Shown here: piece after piece, positions 29,301-45,888 of the stretch
How the letters are laid out: each line of letters starts with the position of its first letter
Numbering within the stretch: position 1 is the first letter of the stretch
NCBI RefSeq assembly: GCF_009914755.1
Contig: NC_060926.1
Strand: one strand, 5' to 3'
DNA: 64,000 bases
Source of the DNA: the human T2T-CHM13v2.0 reference genome, Homo sapiens
Translations under genes and position numbers: made by a program
The notes under the pieces: model-generated
Seen by the model: only the letters and a program-made list of their open reading frames with translations
What the model was told of the DNA's origin: nothing
Databases searched by the model: none

Positions 29301-31738
29301 CCATGATATATTATTATTCCTTTTAAACATATTAGATAGACACAAATAAGTTTTCAAGCCATTGGGCCAATAGCTCATTTCACTACTTTTTTCACTAGTT
29401 TAAGGACTATTGAACAACAGCAGGAAGTTACACTGATATATTCACTGTCTCTCTCATGCACACACACGCACACACTCCCACACATACATCTCCATTGTCA
29501 CTTTAGACTAAATATAAAATGAATCTTTATCTCCTTTATAAAACAGCTTATAATGTGTAAACATTCTACCAAAGAAACATTTTTCAATGACGGGGCACCA
29601 AAAGCAAAAATACTACCAAGTATATGGAAGACTAACAAAGATAAATGAATCTTTCACCAAATTATCTCAGTGTCTCTTTTACTAAATTCCAAGGAGCATC
29701 ACTTTAAAACAAGTGAAATTAACAGGCATGTGGAAAACCTAAGAGTAACTGAGGCATACAAGAAAAGATTTAATAGCACAAGTCTAGTATTAAAAACTCT
29801 TTGTAATCATTTCTATAGGACTCTCTCTGAAGTTGTATTGTCACCAAAATAGATTTTAAATTGTAAAAATCTATTTGAAACCTTAAATTTAACTAAGACC
29901 ATTGTGTTAAAGCTGAAACTCAAATTCAGAATAATGTCATTGCTTACTGGTGACAAAAAATAACAAGAAACTTAAAAAGACTGTGTGAAAAAGCAATCTT
30001 GTGAAAAAGCAGTCACCATCAAAATGATGCTTCTAAAACCAATTCTTACTAAGTAGTTCCTAGGAAATATTATATAAATCTAAAAACAGACCATACCATT
30101 TCTGTTCTCAGCAAGATTTAACAAATGGATGAGTAGCCAGGTTATATTTTGATCAGTAATACTTGCAAAGAGATTATTTTAAGTATCTTAGGGTACGAAC
30201 ACAGGCCCCCCTAAAATAATACTCAGGATCAAATGTTTAATGTTTAAAAGCATCACTATTAGTGAGAATTCAATTATGAGTGAGTATAAAAAATTGATTT
30301 AGCTTTTAAAAAACAATTTGGCAAAATACACGAAGAAACTTAGAAACGTGTAAACATTTAAATCCAGTTATTCTAGTTCCAAAATGTATTTTAAGAAACT
30401 AAGTAGACATATACAAAGGGTTATGTAGAAAGATATTCATCACAATGTTGCTTATAATACCAAAATTAAAAGTTTATAATAGTGGAATCAGACATGCTCA
30501 AGCAATAGTGACTTAAAGCCATGCTTTCGATTAATACACAAAATGCTGATATGTGTAATGTCATCCAAATACTAACAGAATACAAAACTGTGCAGTATGG
30601 TCCCAATTTTGTTTTAAAAATAAAACTAAATCCCATCCTCTCCTAGCTATTTAAGGACCCCACTCCTGCAATGGTCCCATTTTCTGCATTGCCAAATATG
30701 CTGTGATATTCCCACCTTAAAATGCAAAACAAAAAAGTTCCACCATCTTCAATCCTACATTGAAGCTATGTATCTCACTTTCCCTTTAGCTACACCTCCA
30801 AGAAAGAACTGTCCTATAATGTCTCCATTTCTGGTTCTTCCCATTCTCTCTTCAACCTACTCCAATTACACTGTTGTTACTGCCCCTTCATTGAAAGCTA
30901 CTCTTATCATAGTCTCTAAATTCAATAGTAAATACTGAATTATCATCTTATCCTATTTAGGATATGACTATATTGTTTCTCTTACTTTGAAATATTTTTT
31001 CTAACTTTCAAGATTCAATTTTCCTCACTGGTTGCTACTTCTTAATCTTCTGTGCTACATTCTCCTCCTCTTTCTGACTTTTAAACACCAGAGGTGCCCT
31101 AAAGCTTAGCTTTCACCCTTCCATCTATACTATTGTGATACAGAAGTAAAACTAAGCAAATATGGGAATTATGGATAAGACAAAATGTAAGTATTACAAA
31201 CCTCGACAATGGAAAAAATAAGAGTAATTATCAGACATTAGGGGATAGGGAAGTGGAGGTAGAAAGTATGCATGTTAACTCCTTTAATAGTAGGAAACCT
31301 AAAAAAATAATTCCCTAACTTCTTAATGTTTTTCACATATATAGTTAATGTTACAGAGGTCTTTTAACAATTCCTTATGATACACATACACACACAAATT
31401 CTAATGTTCAGCAATCAGTTTTTCTTCTGTTTAATTGTAATGCTTTTATTTAAAATGGCATGTGTATTAGTAAGAATTCAATCACAAAACCCATTCTAAC
31501 TATTTTAAGCAGAAGAGAATCAGGAAAGGGCTTTTTTGAGTCTCCAAGAATGATATCTAGAACATGTCAAAACTAGTCTTTGTCCAAAGGCTGGCCCTAG
31601 AAACACATATTGCATTAGCTGTACTTCAGGGATTACAGAATCAAGTTGTTTGTTCACTCCAAGCCAGCAAAATGGATGATTTGAGTAATACTATCTCTCA
31701 TTCCATTTAACTCAGTACCAAATCCAAAAAGTAAAGTG

Positions 31739-32046
31739 GGTCAGGCGAAGTGGCTCATGTCTACAATCTCAGCACACTGGGAGGCCAAGGTAGGCAGATG
31801 GCTTGAGCCCAGGAGTTTGAGAACAGCCTGGACAACATTGAGAGATCCTGTATCCAAAAAAAAAAACCAAGCAAAAAATTAGTCAGGTGTGGTGGTGAGC
31901 ACCTGTGGTCCCGGCTACTCTGGAGGCTGAGGTGGGAGGATCACCTGAGCCCAGGAGGTTGAGGCTTCAGTGTGTCATGATCATGCTACTGCACTCCAGC
32001 CCGGGTGACAGAGTGAGACCCTGTCTCGAGAAAAAAAAAAAAAAAA
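31739..32046 (+). mobile_element. Alu (AluJ-like)
   Basis: Full Alu with A tail. Confidence 0.93.
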
Positions 32047-32169
32047 GTTAAAGTAAATCTGATTTACCAGAAAGAGTAAATTTGGTTGGTGAAACCTAAA
32101 ATCATATGCAGAATTCTAGGTGCAAAGAGAACTGTAGTTTTTAGCTCTCTTAACTTTACAGAAAAATAT

Positions 32170-32620
32170 ATATGTCAAATATATCTCCAAAACATATGTC
32201 AAATTAGCCTATTTCTCTCTCTGTGTCCACTGTTAACACCTAATTCAAACCACCATCATCTCTCACCTGGACTGCTGTCAGCCTCTTGTCTCCCTGTGAC
32301 CACTCAGCAGTGGCTTTTCACTGCTCAGTGAATAAAACCCAAACACCTTATCATAGGATATGTCTTTTTTTCTGTCTCCTCTGACCTCCTCTCTTAACCT
32401 TCTCTCTGTTGGTCATTATATGCTCCAGCCACAGTAGTTGCGTTTCTGTTCTTAAACACACCATACACATTCCCTCCCTAGAGCTTTTACATTTGCTGCT
32501 CCTTTAGTCTAGAAACATACAAGGTTTGCTCCTGCATTTTCTTCAGGTCTTTGTTCAAATGTCACCTTAGCAGAGGCACATTCCCTGGTTAACCTATCTA
32601 AAATTGCATTAACCCTGATA
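32170..32620 (+). mobile_element. L2 3' fragment
   Basis: caccatcatctctcacctggact, ctccagccac, tcaaatgtcacct motifs. Confidence 0.65.
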
Positions 32621-32659
32621 ACTCCTATGTTTACCTCGCTCTACATCATTAAATATCAC

Positions 32660-34262
32660 ATAAATCAAAATTACAATGAGATACCATTAAACCCTCACCA
32701 GAATGACTAAAACTTAAGAGACTAACCAAAAATATCTTGAAAAATGAGGACTAAATTGGAGAATTTACCCTAACTGACTGGAACACTAACTGTAAAGCTA
32801 GAGTAATCAAAATGGTGTGGTACTAGCATAAAAGTTGACAGAGTGATGAATGGAACAGAATATAATGCCCAGAAACAGACCCACACTTACACAATCATTT
32901 GATTTTCATTAAAGGAGCCAAAGCAGTTTAATGAGGAAAGAAAAATCTTTTCAGGAAATTATGCTGGGATATCTAAACCCGTATTTTTTAAAAACTTAGC
33001 TTCAACTGGCTGGGCGCGGTGGCTCACGCCTATCATCTCAGCACTTTGGGAGGTCGAGGCAGGCGGATCACCTGAGATCAGGAGTTCAAGACCAGCCTGA
33101 CCAACATGAAGAAACCCCATCTCTACTAAAAATACAAAATTAGCCAGGTGTGGTGGCGCATGCCTGTAATCCAAGCTACTTGGGAGGCTAAGGCAGGAGA
33201 ATCACTTTAACCTGGGAGGCGGAGATTGTGGTGAGCCGAGATTGTGCCATTGCACTCCTGCCTGGGCAACAAGAGCGAAATTCCGTCTCAAAAAAAAAAA
33301 AAAAGTTAGCTTCAACCCCTATCTCACACCATACACAAAAATTAATTCAAGATTAAAGAGAAATCTAAATGAAACAGTAAGTTTTAGAGGAAAACAAAGG
33401 AGAATACCTTCATAATCTAAAGGCAAGCAAAAATTTCTGACAAGTCACAGGAAGCAACAACCATAAGAGGAAAAAAATTAATACATTAGGATTCATTAAA
33501 ATTAGAAACATCTGCTCATCAAAAGATATTATTACGAAAATTAAGATGCAAACCACAGAAAAAGAAGCCTCTGACAAGGACTGGTATCCAGGATATATAA
33601 AGAACTCCTACAACTCAATAATAAAAAGACAACCCAATTTTTTAAAATGAGCAAAAGATTTAAAAAGATACTTCACAAAATGTAAGGGATACAAATGGCC
33701 AACAAACACAATGAAAAAAGCAGCCTGGTAATTTCCTAAAAAGTCAAACATATATCTATCAGATAATCCCATCATTATACTCCCATGTATTCCTCCAAGA
33801 GAAATGAAAGCATGTGTCCATAAAAAGACTTGTACACAAGTATTCACATCAGCTTTATTAACAACTAAAAAATAGAAGTAAACCAATATCCATCAGATGA
33901 ACAGATAAATTGTGAGATAATGAAATATTATATCTCAATGAAAAGGAATTAACTATTGGTAACATAACATGGAGAAATATTGAATTATGTGGAGTGAAAA
34001 AACATACATACTATATGATTCCATTTATACAAAATTCTGGAAAATGCAAACAAATCTACAGTAACAGAAGGCAGACCAGTAATTGATGAAGGTAGGTGGG
34101 ATAAGAGGAATTATAAATAGGCATGAGGAAACTTTTGGGTGATTGTATGTTTACTATCCTGATTGTGCTGATGGTTTTGAGTATACGTGTGTTAAAACTT
34201 ATCAAATGGTACATTTTAAGTATATACAGTTTATTGTAAGTCAATTATATTTCAATTTAAAA
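32660..34262 (+). mobile_element. Old L1 (L1M) ORF2 end and 3'UTR with a nested Alu
   Basis: gtaatcaaaatggtgtggtactagcataaa, atctcacaccatacacaaaaattaattcaa, tatgattccatttata, attgtaagtcaattata. Confidence 0.75.
33008..33304 (+). mobile_element. Alu (AluS-like) inserted in L1
   Basis: Full Alu; TSD ttagcttcaac. Confidence 0.95.
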
Positions 34263-34927
34263 TATCAACTAAAGAAAATAAATGAGAAAGAATAATGCTT
34301 ACTTACATTTATGGTCCGTATATTTAAGTACTTTGTAACTTTGCTATACATTACATTTATTCTTTAATTCTTCCTGTCTATAGTTATTTTAAGATAAGTA
34401 TAATAGGAATAGATTAATAATTTAGTGGGTTGTTAAAAAAAAACTAAAATATTACTTTCTGAAACTGCTGCCACATGCCCAATATTAAAGACGTTAGGCT
34501 TAACAACATTAATACATTAGTGATACTCTAAGAAGTAAATACCAGTTAATTTCATAAAAGTTCAGTAAGCAAAATAATTCTCATATAATATCGATCTGAT
34601 TTCTAATTAGGCAGTTTATCAATAATTTTCAACCAATAACAGTCAAATTATACTTTTATATCTTGGACTTTTGTGTAGGATTTCCACCTTTCCATTACAA
34701 GATATAATGCTCCCCCCCTCCGTATTGGATTATACTTTCTAAAGCTCAGTTGCACTATTGAAGAAAAAGCAGAATTTCTTGCCAAAAGTTTCCTGGGTTT
34801 TTTTTCATCCTAACTCTAAAATTTTACAGAATACTGTAAGAAAATACTTTTAGTGATAACATATTATATCATCAATGTTTTAATAAGTGGAAATATACAA
34901 AATAATTTAAAGTAATTTATATATTAC

Positions 34928-34997
34928 CTGGCCACATCCAGGCGCAGTACATAGAAAGGGTTTGTCATCACTCATATTCCACAGGTCCTTGTATTGC
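34928..34997 (-). CDS. ATF2: ATF2 exon (R)QYKDLWNMSDDKPFLCTAPGCGQ, first half of the C2H2 zinc finger
   Basis: 70 nt, tag| acceptor, CAG|gtaata donor. Translation matches ATF2 aa 11-34. Confidence 0.97.
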
Positions 34998-36557
34998 CTA
35001 TAATCAAACAGAAGACACTTTAGAGTACATATTTTAAAATAAAGAATAATTTAAAATATAAATCTCAAGATTTTTCATTAAGCTTATTAACTTTTCTATT
35101 TTAATACAAAATAAAACACTTTTCTGACATTTTAATTCTATCTTTCTTATTATGAGAGTAGATAAAATACATGTAACATGCAGATTTTGCACTATAGGAA
35201 AAAGGTTAGGAACACTGCTCTGTCAGGCAAACTTTTTCCTGCTCAACAGTGTAAAAGTACTTATGGTGAAATGAACACATTTCATTTATTCAAGAAAATT
35301 AAATGAGCAAATACTATGCAGTCTTCCAAGGATCCTACTGTACTGTTATGAAAATAATGTGGCAAAATCTCCATCTCCAGTCCTATATTCTAGTGGAATA
35401 TTTGTATCTATTGGCTTAAACATTTCTACCTAAATATGCTACCAAAACATCAACATGTCTAAAAACAAACTCTTAAATCCCTTCTTAAATTTACACCTTT
35501 TCCTATATTGGAAGCACTATAGAAGACTCAGAGAAATTCAAAAATAAAAGAGAAATGGATCCCAGCCTCAGGGAATCTCTCCTCCCAGTAAAGGAGATAA
35601 GGTAGTATTAACATAACAAAATCTGTATCTCTAACTCTGATCTCTTTCTAAATCCTTAATTTCCAACTTTTTGTTAGTGGTATACTGAGGATCATAAGTT
35701 AATCTTCTGAGTCCAAGTTTAAAAGTCTTGTCAATATTTTATGCTGTTTCCTTGTAATGTATCAAAACTTTTGCCAAAGATTTGATATATCTCATTTTTA
35801 GGAAACCCATGCTGGTTCACAGTAGTCACTGCTTCATGTTTAAAGCATGTACGCAATGATCACTGAGAATACAAATGGTTTCCAGGAAGTCACCATTATT
35901 AATCTCATATACAAAATTTGTGAAATGTGTTAACAAAAGTTTTATTGCTTTATCCAAAATATTTATTGCTATAATTGTCAAATAGCCTATGGACAACTTG
36001 ATATTGCACTGGTAGGTGCAAGGATGACACTTGGGGAAACACTGGTCTAGACTTCTGGTTTCTAGTCCAACACATAAAGAACTTGAAAGTCATCATTCCT
36101 GTCCTCATAAAGAGAAATAAGTTAAACAAACGGAAAATCATCAACTCTTCTTACATCCATCAGAGAAATGAGGTCAAAGGGCAGTGCCCTGAAAAGTTAA
36201 GACTGAGGCAGACACTGAGAATCACAGTTTATTAATAGCAAATGCCTGCTGCTGGTGCCAGTACTAGGCAGAGACAAAAAGCAGAGACAAGCCATTTTCT
36301 TGTACCCTGTACAAATTTTTGACCTACACAATCTGTGAGCATTATAAGCTATTTTATAACTAAATTTGGAACACCTCCTCATGATATCTGCGATTTATCT
36401 AAATAACATATTATCCTTCTAGTGCTTCTTAAATGTTTACAAACTAAGGAATACTGATATATAAATTTTTAAGTAAGAGCAAAGTATTCTAACAAGATTG
36501 GCTGTAACTGACCACTAGTAAAACTTACTAAATAATGAGTGAGAACAGTATGGCACC

Positions 36558-37060
36558 GCAGTTCTCAAACAGGATCCTCTACACTCTTAAAAATTTAGGC
36601 TCCCAAAGAACGTTTTTGTTTATGTACTATCAATACTGACCACATCAGAAATTAAAACTGAGAAATTCTAAAAATATTAATTTATGATTTAAAAATAACA
36701 ATGAACTCACTGCATGTTAACACATATTTTTTAAAACAATATATTTTCAAAACAAAAAATTTAGTGAGAAAGGCATTATTTCCCACTTTTTGCAAATCCT
36801 TAACATCTGGCTTAACAGAGTATAACACAGCTGAATTCTCCTATGTGCTTCTGGTATTCAACCTGTTGTGATATCATCATGTATCCTCTAGAAAATGGCA
36901 TCAAATCCTTGTGAGATAATGAGAATTTTAAAAAGGTAAATATTTTAGTATTATTATAAAAATGTTTTTGACTTCACAGACCGCTCTCACATTATGAGAA
37001 TTCCTGGTACAGGCATATCTCATTTTATTGTGCTTAGCTTTATTGCACTGTGCAGATGCT
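36558..37060. mobile_element. hAT-Charlie-like element (Charlie4a-like) followed by a Tigger1 terminal fragment (37009-37060)
   Basis: cagttctcaaac...tacactcttaaaaatt...cccaaaga...agaaattaaaactgagaaa, then caggcatatctcattttattgtgctt. Confidence 0.6.
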
Positions 37061-37119
37061 AGTCTTAAAAATACACGTAAATCTCAGGGAGAAAGCAGAT
37101 GCTGCAGATTTTTTTCGGA

Positions 37120-38685
<1,566 letters not shown>

Positions 38686-38837
38686 AAAGGAGCAAACAGT
38701 TATTTAACCTAATACTAGGAAAAAGACAAAAATTATACAGGTAACTACATCCAGAGACAGTGTGTTCCAGGAAACCTTACAGAAGCTTTGAGAAGGACAC
38801 AAACTATAAAAAATAATTAAAAATAAAAGAATATGTA

Positions 38838-39173
38838 CAGTCAGCCCTCTGTATCTATGAGTTTTGCATCCATGGATTCAATCAATCTTGGATCAAAAAT
38901 ATGTGAGAAAAAACTGCATCTGTACTAAACATGTACAGACTTTTTTTCTTGTCATTATTACCTAAACAATATAGTGTAACAACTATTCACACAGCATATG
39001 CATTGTAGTAGGTATTAAAAGTAATCTAGAGATGATTTAAAGTATACGGGAGGATGTGCATAGGTGATACACAAATATTACACGATTTTATATAAGTAAC
39101 TGGAGCATCCTCAAATTTTGGTATCTTCAGGAGATCCTGGATCCAATCACCCACAGATATTGAGGAACAACTG
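38838..39173. mobile_element. MER2-like MITE (TcMar-Tigger)
   Basis: ta|cagtcagccctctgtatc...gatattgaggaacaactg|ta terminal inverted repeats with TA TSD. Confidence 0.8.
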
Positions 39174-39491
39174 TATATCTAAAAAAAACGACTGATTTTC
39201 ACAGGACTCTAAGTAGAAGTGGAGTAAGAGATTGAAAGAAAAGCCTGGCATACAGCAAACCAGTAAGGGCTTGACAGACAAGTCATACAACCCAACAACT
39301 AAGAAAATGCACTCATCTGAAAACTGGTTTAAAAAAAAAAAAAAAAGAAAGAAAGAAAAAAGATCAGTGTGTTTAATCTGCCTTTTGTGCATAAAATGTA
39401 TTTCCAGTAACCAAAGAGTTGATGAAGGAAAAGTCTTTTATAGAATTTCAACAAGTGCAGAAGAATAAAATAATTAGAAAATTGCCACTTT

Positions 39492-39969
<478 letters not shown>

Positions 39970-41201
39970 CTATCATCAATGTCTGATTTTTAAAACCATT
40001 AGGAGAAAAGTTGATAGGAACTTCATAATGGTTGGACCAGGCTGACAGCATCTGAATTCACAGATTAGTCTTAAATTAACACCAAAGGTTGTTAAGGGTG
40101 GGGACAGGGAATGTCAAAAGTCGAAAGTGAATCTAATCAAGCCTCCCTAGCTCCAACTACAAGGAAATTCAGGAGACAGAAAAAGAAGTTAAACAACACC
40201 ACCAGGAGGCAATCATCCAAATCCAATACAGATATTTTCAATTTACGATGGGTTTATTGGGACATAACCCCACCATGAATTGAGCAGTATACTGACTGTA
40301 TTACTTTCCCACCATCGTAAAGTCAAAAAACACTAAGATGAATCACTGTAAGTTAGAACAAATGACCTGGTCTCCTCAACAAGTAAATGTCATGGAGATG
40401 AAAAGAAGAGCAAAGGAAGAGGGTTGCTGTTTTCCATTAGAAGAAATTTAATAAACATACAACCAAATTAAGGACCTTTTTGGATCCTGATTTGAACAAA
40501 ACAAATGCAAAAAGACATCTCTGAGTCAGGATTACTTTCCTACTTTTAAATTTCGATTTAAAAGTTCTCAATTAATTATCCCATCCATCAACTTGTTTTC
40601 TTTCTAGAAATTCTATATAGCAAATATATTTGACTCAACTAATAATTCTGTAACACTGTTTCTTTTTCAAATAGTAGCTTGTTAACCCTTCAATAGCAAT
40701 GCTCCCCAAAACATTTCAACGGGGATGTCAGTAGACACTAAAGAAAAAAAGGTGTGGCCAAACAAATCCGGGAAATGCTAAAATATACTTTTCTTTCTTT
40801 CTTTGTTTTTTTTTTTTTTTTTTGGCAGGACTCTTCACAGTCTTTAATATGCTAATGTAAAATGACTAGGGGAACACCCAGAGTATGGCATTTTTGCCAA
40901 AGCTATTTGCTATTTGAATACTTTTTCACAGAACATCCCATGGGACTGATAGAACTCATTTTAGAGGAAATCAAAACCTTAAAACATGTTTATGTCTGTC
41001 ATAGCTAAGTGTACTTAGATGCTTTTAATTTGATTATTTAAAAACAAAATAGGAGTATCAGCTAAACTACATACTAAGTAAGTGACTTGTTTTGTATGGA
41101 AAAAAACACCACAAATACTTACCTAATAGAAACAAGCTATAAAGATTTTTACAACCCAAAATGTAAAAAATGGCTAAAAATACCAAATATTGCACACATA
41201 C

Positions 41202-41233
41202 CTGGCAGAATTCACATGTAACTTGAATTTCAT
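41202..41233 (-). CDS. ATF2: ATF2 first coding segment MKFKLHVNSA(R); whole exon is 41202-41276 (75 nt) including 5'UTR
   Basis: ATG at 41233-41231 gives the known human ATF2 N-terminus. Acceptor ttttcag at 41277-41283; donor AG|gtatgt. Confidence 0.95.
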
Positions 41234-43689
41234 AAGTTGAATAACTTATCACATTCTTTTTCTCATGGCAAGAATACTGAAAAACAAAGTGGTTTCACAC
41301 TGTTAAAAATAGTTCTGAAACACTTCTTGAAACAGTAGAAAATAAAGTGCTCAAATTACTCTCTGTAACACTACTGTCACCCCAAAACTAGTCACTATTA
41401 ACAATTTTTATAATAGAGTACTGCTCTTGAAATATCAACACACCTACACAAATATCCTAAACATAGGTATTAACATATCTAACTCCACCAAAGGGATTAA
41501 AAGTGGAAGAAACATTTAATTCAGCCCTTAGGGCTGTGATTGAAGGGCAGCCATTAAAAGAGTAAAAAAATCCTTACTTTGAACACTGATGAGAATGATG
41601 CAACCTAGTAATTCCATATTTCTCTTCAGAAAGCTTTTAATTTTAAAAAATGTACTTACTGATATTCAGCTTCTCAGCCTAATTCATCAAAATTTATTTG
41701 TCCCACAATGTAGTTGATCTATATAAACAGCTCCAATTGTATCAGCTTAAGGACAAGTACAGTATACTGAAACTACTCAGATTGATGACCCATTTTTAAA
41801 ACTCCACCAATGGCTTCACCTTATGGTCACTGAAACCTCATCCAGTGGTAAATAAGAGTAACTATGTGGTTATCCAAATAAGCTAATGGTGCATAGAGGA
41901 AAATTGCATTTTTCATAATTTTGTTCATAAATGAAGTTTCAAGAATGTCATGCTCAGAAAAATTTGGTAATTCTTGTGGGGAAATGTGTAACTAGCCAAA
42001 GTTCAGAGTCCTGGAGTAAAGGTGGATCTGGTATAGGAAATAAGAAGAGAGAAAGTTTCTTCCCTTGTCCCATGCAAAATTTTTATCTGAGAGGGTTCCA
42101 TTTCTTCACTCACATTCAACTTTACCATGCTGTCTGCGAGGAGAGGAAAAAGAACACTAGAAAAATCCAAGGAAATCTGTAATAGCCATGCTTCTGTCAT
42201 TACAAGTAGAATATGAGCTCCATGAGGGCAAGGAACTTATCTTTGGGTTAACACCTACAACAGCGCCTAGCTCAGTTTAGTACAAGGAATATTTAAACAT
42301 CAACTATACACAGACACAAAGATGAAGAAAACTCTCCTTGCATTTGAGAAACTTTCAGTCTAGAGGAAAGAGGAATATGGAAGTACAATTTTCAATTAAT
42401 TTGGTAGGAATAAGAGTTAAAATATTATGAGAGTAGAGAGGTAGTGGAGGGATCAATCTGATAGCTCTAGAAAAACTTTCAGAGGGAGTTAGCCCTTGGT
42501 ACCCTTCTCCTTAATCTTTTCTACTCTCCACTATACTATCCCCCTCCTCTACAAAACAAGTTTCTTACCTACACAGCAGCCCATTTCTTAGCCAACAAAT
42601 AAAAACTCCATTCCCTTATTACCATTTTCTAATACCTAGCTAAGAGAGTTATAAATATTAACAGTTCAAGCACCCTGAGACAGAAACGATAACAATTCTG
42701 GGAGGCTTAAATGCTATCTCTTTGTTAATCTAACTGAATCTAAAGCCTATAAATCCAGGCTTATCTCCTTTTTATTGCAGTGTTGCAAATATGCTCATAA
42801 CAGAAGCCTGGAAGGGAGGTTTTGCTGAGCTATAGATTGTTGGAGAAGTCAATGACTGCACATAGACAATTGTTAATATATCACATTACTCTCTGGCAAG
42901 TAACTACAATCTATACTGGTAGGAAAATCAACTGTCATGAAAAGCACCAGGAGAGTTCTAGGTAAAATTTTTTAGAAGTCGGCTTCTTTGATTTCTCTTA
43001 ACTCTTCTTCTAACATTTCTTTATCTTCCTTGCTCTTGAGTTTCCATTTTGTACTTGGCATGAGTACTTCTTGCTAGATGCTGGGGATGTACTGGCAAAT
43101 CAAGATAGATACCTGCCTTCATGGAGTTTCCAAGATAGTGATGGGGCTTACATTAACTAATCAAGCATCCAACTCAGAGCTCCTTTTCTTACAACCTCAA
43201 ATTAAGAATCAAAACTATCACTGAATACCATAAATACAAATCTGATTATCCACTTAGTAAATCCTACAGACTCAACCTTTTAGGTATACTTTGAGAGATA
43301 CAAATTTAGCTATCATTTATATCTAATCTGACCTTCTAAATGCTACTTCCAATACACCATGGCCCATTTAACAGTATCAGACTGCCTGCCATCCTCTGAA
43401 AATCACCCTCAGTTTGCATATTATTTTAGCTCTCCCTAAAATATACCCTCCCAAATGAATGTTTGCCTCCTTTGATATTACACTGTCAAGGCCCACTTCA
43501 AATAACACTTCCTTTGTGATACCTTCCCCATAATCCAGATTGAAAATTTCTTCCACAAGCTATGTTGTTTATGCTTTGCTTACAGCAACCACATTGTGTT
43601 CTGTAATGTCATCTATTATATAATCTGTGTGCTTCTCCCACCCCATTCTACTGCCTACTACTTCTTGAAGAAACATAACACAGCCAAAG

Positions 43690-43905
43690 GAATATGAGCT
43701 TTTGAGTCAGAACTGGCTCCAAAACCTGGTTTTGTCACTCGTAAGTTATACAATATTGTGCAAGGTTCTAAGCAACTTTGCACTTCAGTTTCACCAACTA
43801 TAATACAAGGGTAGTATCACCTACCTCACAGTTGTTGTAAGCATTTTAAAATAGTATATGTAAAGTATATAGCACAATGCTCGGCACATGAGTACTGGAT
43901 AAAAT
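43690..43905 (+). mobile_element. MIR element
   Basis: gcttttgagtcaga...cttcagtttc...cacctacctcacagttgttgtaag...gcacaatgctcggcaca. Confidence 0.65.
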
Positions 43906-44179
43906 GGCAGCTGCAGTTCTATTATTTCTACTGTTATTAAAATTATAAGGCTGTCTCTATTCATCGTTGTATCTGCACAGTATCTTACTTGCTAACAGCA
44001 GGCACAGAGTAATTGTTAAATTGTTAAAAGAAATTATATCAGTTGGATACATTTTAAAAAATTAAAAAAACTGTAATTTGTAAAATGGGTAAGTCCATAT
44101 TTACTTCACATGGAAATAATAACTCTGCATCTTGGAGAAGCTACCAACCTCTACGCTCCAAGGTTTTAAAGAAATAGAT

Positions 44180-44584
<405 letters not shown>

Positions 44585-45124
44585 TCAAATATTATGAAAA
44601 ATCTAAAACATGACTTTCCCACTTCTCAGCAAATTGTAAATACTTCCATTCCAATTCTTCAATACTGGTGAAGGCATCTTAAGTAAATTGCTGAAATATA
44701 CTCACTCATGAACATAAAGTAAAATGAAGGTTAAAGCAAAATGCCCAAAAAGTTAAGCTAAAATTAAAGTGCCATACCAATGTGTGTAAAAAGCAGAATA
44801 ATATAACTCCTTCTTTGAGAAAAAAATAACAAAATACATCAGGAAATCAGGAATAAATTTAAGTAACAAATAATCTTTAATTTCATAGAGGTAACTATGA
44901 AGCAGTCACTGCACAGATACACATAAGAAAAAGTGTCCTCATTCTGGAATGTTTACAATGCCTTGTGGGTTTAAAAAAAAAATCAGCTAGGCGAAAATGC
45001 CAAAGATTAAAAGTCCCAAATCAGACTGCATCTTGGATTTGCTCTTCTTTTACTAATAACTTGGTTCAAAGTGACAATGGCATTCTTAAGCGAATAAAGA
45101 GATTTTCTTGAAAACTACTGACAC

Positions 45125-45460
45125 TACAACAATGGATGAATCTCAAAATAATTATGCCAAGTGAAAGCAGACAGTCAAAGAAATTATATTGTATGATTCC
45201 ATTTATATAAAATTCTAGAAAATGAAAACCACAGCGACAGAAAGCAGATCACTGGTTGCTGAGGGACAGGAGTAGAAGGAGTGGGAGGGAAGGATTACAA
45301 AGGGGCATGAGAAAACTTTTGAGGGTGACAAATTTATCATCTTGATTGTGGTGATGGTTTTATGGGTGTATACATATAAGTCAAAACGTATCAAGCTGTA
45401 TACTTTGAATATGTATAATTTATTATAAGTCAATTATACCTTAAAAAGCTGTTTTTAAAA
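45125..45460 (+). mobile_element. L1M 3' end fragment
   Basis: atggatgaatctcaaaataattatg...tgtatgattccatttatataaaattctagaaaatg...gtcaattatacc. Confidence 0.7.
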
Positions 45461-45493
45461 GGATACCTTGAACTGTTTGAAAAATAATAAATC

Positions 45494-45796
45494 CTGCCCA
45501 AGGTGCAATGGCTCACACCTGTAATGATAGCACTTTGGGGTGCCGAGGCAGAAGGATCAGAGGCCAGGAGTTCAAGACCACCCTGGGGAACATAAGGTTC
45601 TGTCTCTATACAAAAAAAAAAAAAAGCAACTTAAAAATTAGCCAGGCATGGTGGTATGTGCGTGTAGTCCTAGCTGCTCAGGAGGCTGAGGCAGGAGAAT
45701 CCCTTGAGCCTAGGATTTTGAGACTGCAGTGAACTATGCTCTTGCCAATACACTCCAGCCTGGGGGATAGAGCAAGACCCTATCTCAGGAAAAAAA

Positions 45797-45813
<17 letters not shown>
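45494..45813 (+). mobile_element. Alu (AluJ-like)
   Basis: Alu body with long A tail. Confidence 0.92.
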
Positions 45814-45851
<38 letters not shown>

Positions 45852-45888
45852 GTGTGTGTATATATATGTATACACACACACACACACA
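45814..45888. repeat. Compound (TA)n/(TG)n/(CA)n microsatellite on the Alu tail
   Basis: Directly visible. Confidence 0.95.
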
